DNA of 64,000 nucleotides, from NCBI GenBank assembly GCA_027923505.1, contig BROI01000018.1:496001-560000 (forward strand). The letters are read 5' to 3'. Within the stretch, counting starts at the first letter, position 1, and each line of letters starts with the position of its first letter. Source of the DNA: Mayamaea pseudoterrestris. Taxonomy: Eukaryota. This document shows positions 42,508 through 52,006 of the stretch, piece after piece. The notes below the pieces were generated by a model, which made no database searches, was not told the origin of the DNA, and saw only the letters and a list, made by a program, of their open reading frames with translations. The translations under genes were made by a program, and so were the position numbers.

Positions 42508-42701
42508 GGTGAGTGGTCCAGGCGCGAAGGATCGAGGTTGTTAAAGTCGCACCGATTGGATGAGTCACGCTACGATGCTCTTCACGGATTTTGCACCTCT
42601 TTTTACCGTGTAGCGAGTCCTACGGTATTTGGCTGCAAGTTAGTCCAGCCTATTTACATTCTAATCTGCTAAAGTGTCTATCCAAGTGTTGTGTATGTTC
42701 A

Positions 42702-45097
42702 CTACTTGCCTGCTGCGGAGCGAATCTGCTTGGCCTTTGTCCGAGCGGCGCGTTCGCGAGCGCCACTTTCCATTAGTTCCTTGCGCAGGCGAACTGTTTT
42801 GGGAGTCACTTCTATCATTTCATCTGAGCCCTACAACAAGAAATAAAAACGAAAATTGTTAGCAAACGACCAAAACATCCCCTTGTCGATTCGATATATA
42901 TGTACGTACCATGTAGCCAATGAGCTCCTCCACCGACAATCGCTTTGGAGGCGGGAGACTAGACTTTTCATCTTTGCTTTGTGTTCTGAAAGAAAGGATC
43001 GACGAAAGAAATGCGTATGAGCGTAATGTTAGCACTTACACATAAGCAATATATCCAGTAGAACTGGCACTGCACTCACCTCATGTTTGTAAGCTCCTTG
43101 GCCTTGACGGGGTTGACTTCCAAGTCGCCAATCTTGGAGTTTTCGCCAATCACCATGCCCGGATAAACCATTTGCTGTGGCTCAATAAACAGCGTCCCTC
43201 GTTGCGCCAAATTATCCAAAGCAAAGGATGTCGCTTTACCAGATGCGTTGCTCACAAGCTTGCCCTTTTCCAATGCCGTCCCGAGGTTGCCTGCATACTC
43301 CCGATCCTCCAGAAACAAGTGATTCACCACGGCGCTTCCCTTTGTGGCCGTGGCAATCTCGCCATTAAATCCAAGCAAGCCTCGCGTTGGAACCTCCAAA
43401 ACCAAGCGCGCCTTGCCGTCTGCCATGACTTCGCTCGACATTAATATACCCTTGCGATCCCCCGTCAGTGCACTCACCACCGTCGACGAATAGTTAACGT
43501 CAACGTCAATCGTCACCTCCTCGTATGGCTCGAGCGTTTTCTTGGTATCGGGACAAGTCTTTGTCAAAATACGAGGCGGCGAAATAATCATTTCGAAACC
43601 TTCGCGTCGCATGGTTTCAATCAAGATTCCCAATTGAAGTTCACCTCGAGCAAAGACTGTTGTCTTTTCAACGTCCGTTTCGGAAGGCTTGACCAGCAGT
43701 GTCACGTTATTGTCCGTCTCCTGCAGCAGTCGCTGCCGAATCTGGGAACTGGCAATCTTGGTACCTTCCTGTCCAGCCAATGGTCCAGTATTGGAACCAA
43801 AGTCCATGGCCAAGGTTGGCGGCGCCAGTGGCGGCGTTTGAATGGGTGCTGGCACTGGATTGGACGTGCTGGTCAGTGTATCGCCGACGGCCATGGCATC
43901 GGGAATGCCCGATAGTTGGACAATGTCACCCGCGTAGGCTGTCGCTTCGTCAAAGGGAGTGCGGCGAATACCTTTCGAAACGAAAATGCCGGAAACAGTG
44001 GCAGTGGAAGGTCCACTGATGGATCCGCCGTCGCGCCTCAGCAGTGTGACTGGATCGTTAATGGTGACACATCCCGAAGCAATCCGGCCAAGGCAGGTGC
44101 GGCCAAGGTATGGATCGTAGCCGACTGTCACTGCCGCCAAGCTAAAGGGATCCGACGCAAAGGCTTCTCCTTCCAGTGCCGTCTCTTCCATTGAATCAGT
44201 TGCATCATCACTGTAAATTGTCACGATTGGTTCCGGAATCTCGTCGACAATGGCCTGCAGCAAATTCATCATGCCATGTTGCGCTTTTCCATCACTGGCA
44301 CTGGTCGCATCATACACATACCCTTCCTCGGCTAGTTCCAGTGCCTCGAGCGGGTCCGTCGTGACCCATCCGTTGCGAGCCGACGCGTAGGCTGTCACAT
44401 AGTCCAATTGCTGCGAGGTAGCCCCCAGCGCATGAAAGAGTGTTTGGAGTGCCTGCTCGGTATCGCCCGAATCAAGCGCCGCCAGTGCCTCTGGCTTGTC
44501 GCATTTGTTCAACACGACCAGTGGCTTGAGTCCCAGCGCCAATGCTCGATTGAGTACGTATTTGGTTTGACTCTTGGGACCTTCGACAATGTCCACCACG
44601 AGTAAGACGCCGTCGACCAAGGACAATATCCTGTCCACTTCTCCGCAAAAGTCTGCATGTCCAGGAGTATCTACAACGTTAATAATTGTTGTTGCACTTG
44701 CAGTATCTTGCTGCTTGTAATCAAGACGCGTGACTTTGGATGTAATGGTGATTCCTCGCTCCTTTTCCAAGTCGCCCGAATCCAGCAAGCGATTGGTACT
44801 GCTACTGTTGGCGTCGTTGCTATTGCTAGAGGCGGAATGTAGCAATCGATCCACGAGAGACGTCTTTCCGTGATCAACGTGCGCAATGACGGCAACGTCG
44901 CGAATGCCAAGCCGGCGTTTCGTGCTTGGTGTGATCAAGCAGTCGTCGTCGGAAGAAGCAAGTGGCGACGCGGAGTGGAAGCGAAAGGATCGACTGGCAT
45001 GTCTCGAAAGGAAGATTTGTCCAAAAGTCCTTTTACTATAGCTTGATATTGCCAGGCAAGGTCTCATCATGCTGCTGACTTTCAGAAACGCAGTCAT
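42702..45097 (-). CDS. typA: Organellar translational GTPase TypA/BipA; 3 exons (45097-43080, 42985-42910, 42830-42702)
   Basis: Motifs [36 protein letters not shown] and [17 protein letters not shown]. The spliced C-terminus reads ELTNMR|TQSKDE...[27 protein letters not shown] presequence is present. Confidence 0.95.
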
Positions 45098-45310
45098 GGT
45101 GATTGGTGCAAATTGTGCGACGAAGGAATTTGTGAGACGAATCTTGCCAAAATGCGAAAGAATGAACGGCTCTCGGAGGTACGTCGGACCGGTACTCGTA
45201 TGGCGCGGCGCGGCAAGGCGCGGTTGCGTGCTCCACCATGGCACATCACTCCAACAACTCGTTACTCCGCATACCCTTCCACAAATAGCGACACACCATC
45301 AACTTGCACC

Positions 45311-48300
45311 ATGCCTGCTACGTCTGTTGCCGCCGTTGATTCAGTAAAAGAAGCTGTTTTTCAAGCGGCAGCCGACGCTGGTAACCTGCACGAGTGGATC
45401 TTGACATCAATCTCCACTCTACTGCTCAAGGACAAAGGCAAGGTTAGCAATAACATAGTATCATCCTTGACGCAAGAAGAGCGAGACTTTTTGGATAAGA
45501 TTGTTTCTTTGGTCTTCAGTCGAGTCGATGGCGACAATGACAGCAGTTTGGCTTCGTCGTCGTCATCCTTGCATACGTTGATCAATGTTCTTTGGCTACT
45601 TGCTTGCAACGTCAATGCGGGCGACTCTTCAAAGCCATCAGAAGATGCTTTGACTACGACTAGAAATGAGCAACTGGCTACTTACATGCTGCAATCCATA
45701 AAGTCCGAGTGCATTGCAAAAACTGACGAAAACTTGACTCAAAGCGTTCACGACTTGCTGGTGGCGCACATGCCAGCCGCGCTGCTGCAATCGTCGGGCT
45801 GGATTTTCCAGTCAAGCTTACTCGACAAGAAACTCAAGCTATACAATACGCAATCAAACTACAAGCAAGTCAAGTACAACATACTGGCCGAGCAGTCGGA
45901 AGGATACTCCAAGTACTTGGCATTGTTAAACCATGAATGTATATTTCATACATCAACGACAAGTACAGACGCAACTTTACTCAAGGAGCGCGTCTTGACA
46001 GCGATTGGAACCTTTCAGCTTGATCCAGTTCGGTGCCTTGACTTGCTCACTGATGTTTTGCTGTGGCGGCAGCAGCAAATAGATACTGAAACGAGGCAAC
46101 ATGGAGTCAAGATGACTTTAACAAATCTCATCGTCATGATGCAGGCATGTTTTCAACCACTACTTTGTCACTTGCCCGACTTGCTAGTCTTTAAACTTTC
46201 TGCAGCAAGCGACGAAAAGCGGCAATCTAGTTTGTTCATCGTCATGGCAATGCTAGTGGAGCAGAAACTCTTGAACGCCAAGCAAATGGTGCGCGTTCTC
46301 TTGGCATCATCGAAACTTGCCAGTGTTTCAGAAATTTACGAAACAATCTACAAACACATTGAGCAAGGTTTACAAACCATGGGTCGCATCAAGCTGCAGA
46401 ATAGTAGCAATACAGAAGCTGACGCGGAAAAACAGGAACAGGACATGAGGCACAAGCAGTTGCTGAATGAGCTTGCGTCAAGTCACGCGGTCCGATTTCT
46501 ACTGGAATTACTGCGGAGTGATAACAAACACGGTTTGGCGCTGCTATCAACTGGAAACGTTTTTGACGACGACAACGAATGGAGCCAATTGTGTTTTCTG
46601 CTGCCCGAGACGATTGGAGTGGCCATTTGCGACATTATACAGCAAGAAATACAACAATTCCTGCCGCCGACTAGATGTGGCTTTGACCAGTCGGCGTTAG
46701 CTAAAGATATGACTGTTGATGGTGACACTGATGTGGAGATGCATTTGGAGAATGATGCTTCGTCGCTGTCATTGGAAGAAATTACAGCCAAAATTTCTGC
46801 TCCTCTTGATTGTATTTACGGATCGGGGTGCATTGTGCTCCGGCCAGTCTTGTACACGCAACTCTGCCGCGTGATTGCTCATAGACTTGCTACAATGTCC
46901 GACATATCAGATTCGGTTGTGCATTTGATCAAGTCGTTCCTTTTGCCAAGTCTCAGTCTCTTCTCGATGAACCCAACGTTGGCACATGAAGTATGGGAGA
47001 TGCTTAGACATCTTCCATATCAGACGAGATACGCCCTTTACGATTCATGGCGAGGCAAGGGGTTGGAGCGCGCCGGTCTTGGGGATTTAAACAAACCGCT
47101 GTGGCTGATCGAGAGCGAATTTAAGGCTGGCAAGGACATTCGCTACGCCCTCAAGCGCTTGTCTAAAGATACAATTCGCGACATGAGTAGGCACATTGCC
47201 AAGGTCTGTCATTCGCACCCACTGGTTGTGTTTACAAGCATTCTTGGCCAAATTGAGTCATACGACAACCTCGTTCAGGTCATGGTAGATGCTTTGCGCT
47301 ACGTGACACCACTTGGTTTAGATGTATTGTCGTGCTGCATACTCGATCGGCTAAGCAAAAATAATGCTGATGACCGGGCGAATCGTAATCGGCTCAAGGA
47401 CGACGGAGTAAACGTTTCGCAGTGGCTGCAGTCGCTGGAAGCGTTTGTTGGATATTTCTACAAACAATTTCCTTTCGTTGACTTCCAAGGTATACTTGGG
47501 TATCTGGTGACGAGGCTCAAGGACGGGCATGTCATGGAGCTTGGCTTATTGCGCGCTTTGCTAAAAACGTCGGCTGGTTGGTCGTTTGCGGACTATGCGC
47601 CTGCGTCGAGTCTATCGCATACGCAGTTAATGGGCCGGTCGGGAAGCCATTTGCTGAAAAGAGAGACAATGAGTTTTGGTATTGTCGACCATATCAATCA
47701 AAAGTCATCGCGAGAGGTTCGACGTGTTCTACAGACTGACAATGTTGGAGTCTGCCTCTTGATTTTGCTCGCGCAGGTCCGACACCACATAGTTTTTGGC
47801 AAGGTCAAGTCGGATGGTCACGAGAAACCTATAAAATTGGTTGCTTATTTACTCGACACGTGTCAAGTTACAATTGCAATGCTCTTGGACTTCCTTTCAT
47901 TTCCTGAAGGTGACGGCGCACTCACTCGGTCGCCGATTGAAGTGTATACGAAAGCTCTACCCTCACTCAAGGACCTCTTCAGCGTCCATGAGCTAGATGC
48001 GGCGACATGTTGGATGCTTTATCGTCCGGTACAGCACGCCAAAGTAACTGACAGTATGACGAAAGGATCGTTAACATCACCTGATGGTACTGATTTGATG
48101 CTTCAAACCAATGCATGGGACCACATTACTCCTGATCTTTTTGAAGCGTTTTATGCACATGCATCCTACGACATCCAGTGCCCTGAAGATATTTACAAGT
48201 CAGAGATTCATCGTTTGGAGAAGGAGAGTGAAAGACAAGCGCAGCAGAAGCCAGATCCGGCGAATGCGGTACCGGACGACCGGGCGAAGGAGGCAGCAAT

Positions 48301-49633
48301 GCGACTCAGCAAGGACTTAGCTATACATCAAGAGCATGTTGTTCATGTCCGTCGAGTGCTAGAGTCCAATCGGGGATCTTTATTAAAAATGGAAGACGTC
48401 TCCATTGACGCAATGACAACGTTTTTATGCTCTTGTATCTTTCCGCGGTGCATGCAAGGGCCAGACGACGCTATTTATTGCGCTCAGTTTGTAGCGTTGC
48501 TACACGTGCATGATACTCCAGGGTTTGGCACCCTGTGCTTGTACGATTCCATTATCACACACATGTCCCGAGCGCTCTTCGGTCTGACTGAAGGAGAAGC
48601 TGCCAATCTATCAATTCTCCTGCTGGAAGTGTGGAAGAATGTTAGTCGATGGCGTTATGACGAAGAAGCATTCAACAACGAAATGGCTGGCAGGAATGGT
48701 TCGTTCATGCCTGGAGGGGATGGCGTCGTTGAGGTCACGTTTGGCAAGTACGAGGAACTTTATAACAAATGGCATGCATCGGTTGGAGCCGTTCTCGTCG
48801 GTGCATTAAAGTCATCAGAGTACATTCATATTCGAAACTGCCTGATAGTGTTGACGCGGCTTGTGAGCGTGTTTCCCACGCGACCTGGTTTAGGCAACAA
48901 ACTAATCAGGACGCTCGAGCCACTGGCCAGCGAGGAAACAAACTCGTTTGCAGACATTCGAGCAGCTGCCGCCGCGTACAGTCAGCAACTAGTCCGGGCC
49001 CGAGATGATGGAGTTTGGCGAGAAGAATCTACTGCTTCAGTGGAGGCAAGACAACGAAAACAGGAAGCAGCTGTTGCGGCTCGACAGAAACAAGCGCAGC
49101 TGCAAATGGAAGAAATTAAACTTGAATCTGAAAAGATTGGCAAGGAACTTGGACCCGATCGACGGAGGGACGATCGTCGGCGTGTGATTGGAAAACCTGG
49201 CGAGCCTGTAGATCATGAACGACGGCCCGCTCCTACTTCAGGCATGGAGTTGACGAATCGAATGATCGAGACACGAGTGCAAGGACCTTCTCCTCGACCC
49301 GATGATGGACGTAGCGGTCGATTGAATGAACCACGTCGGCAGGGACCTTCTTCTCGACCTGATGATGGGCGGAGCGGCCCTACAGTTCAAGACTTTGCCA
49401 CCATGGCGGCTGACGCGTCTCGTAATCTGGGCAATCGATTTCAACGTCCTGATGAAGGTCATCGGCGAGCAGATGGAGGAGGAACAAAACGAAGTCGGCC
49501 TCCATCGCCTGAGGAAGGTGAAAGTGCCGAACGAGTCGCCAGCAAGCGCAGCCGATTGGCACCTGCTGCTGAGGTAGAGCGATCCAACATTGGGAACGGT
49601 AGACGCAGGGGCAGACCAGGCAGACGGAAATAA
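45311..49633 (+). CDS. THOC2: THO complex subunit 2
   Basis: Motifs YKQVKYNILAEQSEGYSK, IGTFQLDPVRCLD, LPYQTRYALY, LKRLSKD, QIESYDNL, RLKDDGVNVSQWLQSL, CIFPRC and EYIHIRNCLIVL, followed by a charged tail. Confidence 0.93.
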   Translation: MPATSVAAVDSVKEAVFQAAADAGNLHEWILTSISTLLLKDKGKVSNNIVSSLTQEERDFLDKIVSLVFSRVDGDNDSSLASSSSSLHTLINVLWLLACNVNAGDSSKPSEDALTTTRNEQLATYMLQSIKSECIAKTDENLTQSVHDLLVAHMPAALLQSSGWIFQSSLLDKKLKLYNTQSNYKQVKYNILAEQSEGYSKYLALLNHECIFHTSTTSTDATLLKERVLTAIGTFQLDPVRCLDLLTDVLLWRQQQIDTETRQHGVKMTLTNLIVMMQACFQPLLCHLPDLLVFKLSAASDEKRQSSLFIVMAMLVEQKLLNAKQMVRVLLASSKLASVSEIYETIYKHIEQGLQTMGRIKLQNSSNTEADAEKQEQDMRHKQLLNELASSHAVRFLLELLRSDNKHGLALLSTGNVFDDDNEWSQLCFLLPETIGVAICDIIQQEIQQFLPPTRCGFDQSALAKDMTVDGDTDVEMHLENDASSLSLEEITAKISAPLDCIYGSGCIVLRPVLYTQLCRVIAHRLATMSDISDSVVHLIKSFLLPSLSLFSMNPTLAHEVWEMLRHLPYQTRYALYDSWRGKGLERAGLGDLNKPLWLIESEFKAGKDIRYALKRLSKDTIRDMSRHIAKVCHSHPLVVFTSILGQIESYDNLVQVMVDALRYVTPLGLDVLSCCILDRLSKNNADDRANRNRLKDDGVNVSQWLQSLEAFVGYFYKQFPFVDFQGILGYLVTRLKDGHVMELGLLRALLKTSAGWSFADYAPASSLSHTQLMGRSGSHLLKRETMSFGIVDHINQKSSREVRRVLQTDNVGVCLLILLAQVRHHIVFGKVKSDGHEKPIKLVAYLLDTCQVTIAMLLDFLSFPEGDGALTRSPIEVYTKALPSLKDLFSVHELDAATCWMLYRPVQHAKVTDSMTKGSLTSPDGTDLMLQTNAWDHITPDLFEAFYAHASYDIQCPEDIYKSEIHRLEKESERQAQQKPDPANAVPDDRAKEAAMRLSKDLAIHQEHVVHVRRVLESNRGSLLKMEDVSIDAMTTFLCSCIFPRCMQGPDDAIYCAQFVALLHVHDTPGFGTLCLYDSIITHMSRALFGLTEGEAANLSILLLEVWKNVSRWRYDEEAFNNEMAGRNGSFMPGGDGVVEVTFGKYEELYNKWHASVGAVLVGALKSSEYIHIRNCLIVLTRLVSVFPTRPGLGNKLIRTLEPLASEETNSFADIRAAAAAYSQQLVRARDDGVWREESTASVEARQRKQEAAVAARQKQAQLQMEEIKLESEKIGKELGPDRRRDDRRRVIGKPGEPVDHERRPAPTSGMELTNRMIETRVQGPSPRPDDGRSGRLNEPRRQGPSSRPDDGRSGPTVQDFATMAADASRNLGNRFQRPDEGHRRADGGGTKRSRPPSPEEGESAERVASKRSRLAPAAEVERSNIGNGRRRGRPGRRK

Positions 49634-49683
49634 GTATATGGCGAGGTTGCTGCCCTCTTTTTAATAATCAACGTCTTTTTATT

Positions 49684-51198
49684 TTAATTTTTAGCGGTTC
49701 CACTTCCAAACTGCAAAACTCCAAACCGCCCATTCACCATCCAATTATCATCCATATCTTTGGCACGTTGAATCTCAGTCGCTGCCATGCCACAGCCAAT
49801 CTCCGCTTTGAGTGTTCTTAACGCACAAATTGGACAAGCAAAGTATGCTCCAACCACGTCCTCAAAATCTGCCGTCATGTCCCACTTGCAGTCGCCCAAT
49901 AGTCGTCGATAGTTGGCGTCACCCTTGACAAAAGCCAAGTCACACTGACTTGCCATGTTTGATCGAAGCGGCTCTGTCATGTCCCACATGGCGAAGGGTT
50001 GGCACCAAAAAGGATTTTCATTGCATTGCCATTTCCCGTTTTCCAAAAGTTCTTTCCAAACTTTGCCAGCTGCATGCGAGCCGGGATACTTTTTTGCATC
50101 CAGTTTGGCGTAATAGTCGACAGTTTCAAGCAGATCCTTTTCCAGTGCATCTGATACAAACGTGGGGTGCGACTTTAGCTGAAAGGTCACCACCTTGGCA
50201 ATGCCCGACTCCACCAAGTACTGCGCTAAGGCCAGATCCGTCACCAATTCAAAGCCAGCATTGTCGACGATAATGTCAACAATGCCGCCACCCTTGGCAT
50301 GCAGCTGAGAGCAAAGTGCAACTAGTTGTTTCGAGTCATCGGCCAACAGGTTCTCATTCTTGGCCAGCATGTCGCTCACATTGGTCGTGGACAATGAATC
50401 ATCATCATCGTCGTCGCTATGAATGGCCGCCGGCCATAGACTCAAGTCCATGCGGTTGCCCCAGAGCGCCCAATCGGCCGCCACCAATATTCCTGCCTCG
50501 ACATTGGCATTGGACACCAACTGTGGCAACCGTTGCAACATTGGTTCCGCCTGCGCGACGGACGATGCGAGTCCATCTCGTTTGGCCTTGATGAATGGAT
50601 CATACTTGTAGCCGACGCTCGATTCGTCAAAATATCCAAGCACCTGCATGAGACGTCTGTAAACATAGAATTCAGCCACCATCCATGGAGCTGTCAACCA
50701 AGTGGCTTGGTGCTCGACGAGTGGTTTCAGTATCTGTTCGTTCCATTCGAGAAACTCCTTGGGCTGCGTGTCGGACATGTCTGTCAAGTACGACAAAGGA
50801 AAATTTGCAGCGTTGCGTAGTTCATTTCGCAGTTCATTATATCGAGCCAGTATTTCTGCAAATTCAGGGGATTCGAATGTTTCTTGATTGTCCTTGTAGG
50901 TTCGCTCAAGGATTTCTTCGTCAATGCGTCGACTCATGGTATCGTAGGCCCACGTTCCAGGAACGTCGGAACAAATTGGATCAGGAATAGGAAGTCGAGG
51001 AATAAACTTGTGACTTGAACTAGCGGGTGATGCCATGCTGCAACGAATGATATGAGGCAGGATATGAGGTAATGAATGATGATGATGATGGTGCCGGTGC
51101 AAAGCTGAAGCAAAAATTGCTGGAGAGACCCAAGAAGTTGCTGATTTTAGAACGACAAACGAGATCAGTAGTCGACTGGGTAGGGAATTGATTGTCAT
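49684..51198 (-). CDS. Damage-control phosphatase ARMT1/DUF89 family, with bipartite plastid-type presequence
   Basis: Motifs WLTAPWMVAEFYVYRR, YDPF, ALWGNRMDLS, IIVDNAGFELVTDL, HPTFVSDA, FVKGDANYRRL and ALRTLKAE. The signal peptide ends ATS-W. Confidence 0.92.
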   Translation of the reverse strand: MTINSLPSRLLISFVVLKSATSWVSPAIFASALHRHHHHHHSLPHILPHIIRCSMASPASSSHKFIPRLPIPDPICSDVPGTWAYDTMSRRIDEEILERTYKDNQETFESPEFAEILARYNELRNELRNAANFPLSYLTDMSDTQPKEFLEWNEQILKPLVEHQATWLTAPWMVAEFYVYRRLMQVLGYFDESSVGYKYDPFIKAKRDGLASSVAQAEPMLQRLPQLVSNANVEAGILVAADWALWGNRMDLSLWPAAIHSDDDDDDSLSTTNVSDMLAKNENLLADDSKQLVALCSQLHAKGGGIVDIIVDNAGFELVTDLALAQYLVESGIAKVVTFQLKSHPTFVSDALEKDLLETVDYYAKLDAKKYPGSHAAGKVWKELLENGKWQCNENPFWCQPFAMWDMTEPLRSNMASQCDLAFVKGDANYRRLLGDCKWDMTADFEDVVGAYFACPICALRTLKAEIGCGMAATEIQRAKDMDDNWMVNGRFGVLQFGSGTAKN

Positions 51199-51285
51199 GC
51201 TATATAAAGTATACATGGATCAACGCCAATGGAGCTTTGAAACGAGGCCGAGTGCACCCCGCAACTTTGTTCGGACGAGTCGGCA

Positions 51286-51715
51286 TGCTAGTGAAAACTA
51301 CGTCAACAGGCAATAGTATAAAACGAGTGCCAGTGTCAATTACGTCACAAGACAATAGTACGAAACGAGTGCCAGTGAAAACTGCGTCATACGGCAATAG
51401 TATGAAACGAGTGCCAGTGAAAACTGCGTCATGAGGCCATTGTAAGAAACGAGTGCCAGTGAAAACTGCGTCATCCAGAAACGTTGTGAAACAAGTGCCA
51501 GTGTCAATTACGTCATAAGGCAATAACGTGAAACGAGTGCCAGTGTCAATTACGTCATCAAGGCATTAGTACGAAACAAGTGCCTGTGTCAATTACGTCA
51601 TTAGGCAATTGTATGAAACGACTGCCAGTGTCAATTACGTCATCGAGGCACTATTATGAAACGGGTGCCAGTGAAAACTGTGTCAGCATGGCATAAGTAG
51701 CATTGAACGAGTGCC
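51286..51715 (+). repeat. 42-bp tandem array 4 (9 full units plus partial ends; two unit subtypes)
   Basis: Units start at 51308, 51350, 51392, 51434, 51476, 51518, 51561, 51603 and 51646. Subtype A has GTGTCAATTACGTCA; subtype B has GTGAAAACTGCGTCA. Confidence 0.97.
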
Positions 51716-52006
51716 AACGACCATGGCGCAGCGGTGCAAACAAAACGGAGTCTTTAGCATTGCTTTAAGACACTTTTGTCGTCAGATTATTTACTCTCGA
51801 GATTGAGTCGACTGAGTGGCCGCCCTTTTATCTTTGCGTCCGCCTCATACTAGCAAAAGCGACGAGCAATTAACAGTAAAGCCGGATCGCTCGACGAGAG
51901 GAACAATCACTAGCTCGTGGTCTGGTGGGCCCAAGTCAAGGCAGCGTCCAAAAGTAACAAGCAATACAATACGATTACGCGAAAAGGCTACAGCAAGTCA
52001 TTTACT

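Noticed and set aside
45113..45310. Apparent overlap of the TypA and THOC2 ORFs
   Set aside because: This is an artefact of non-ATG or upstream starts. The likely ATGs (45097 and 45311) leave a normal divergent promoter of about 210 bp.
49280..49378. 60-bp-period duplication in the THOC2 tail (QGPSxRPDDGRSG x2)
   Set aside because: This is an ordinary small duplication in a disordered C-terminus.
2..49633. Functional cluster of Pol II/RNA genes (HDAC, Med21, Med11, CDK, THOC2, C3H1 protein)
   Set aside because: The genes are interspersed with unrelated ones over 50 kb, which is compatible with chance in a compact genome.
28695..51715. 42-bp arrays as CRISPR or TIGR-like guide arrays
   Set aside because: The variable 8-nt block is a set of point variants of one consensus (AATAGTAY), not unique spacers. 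No cas or Nop-domain effector gene is seen nearby, and the context is eukaryotic.
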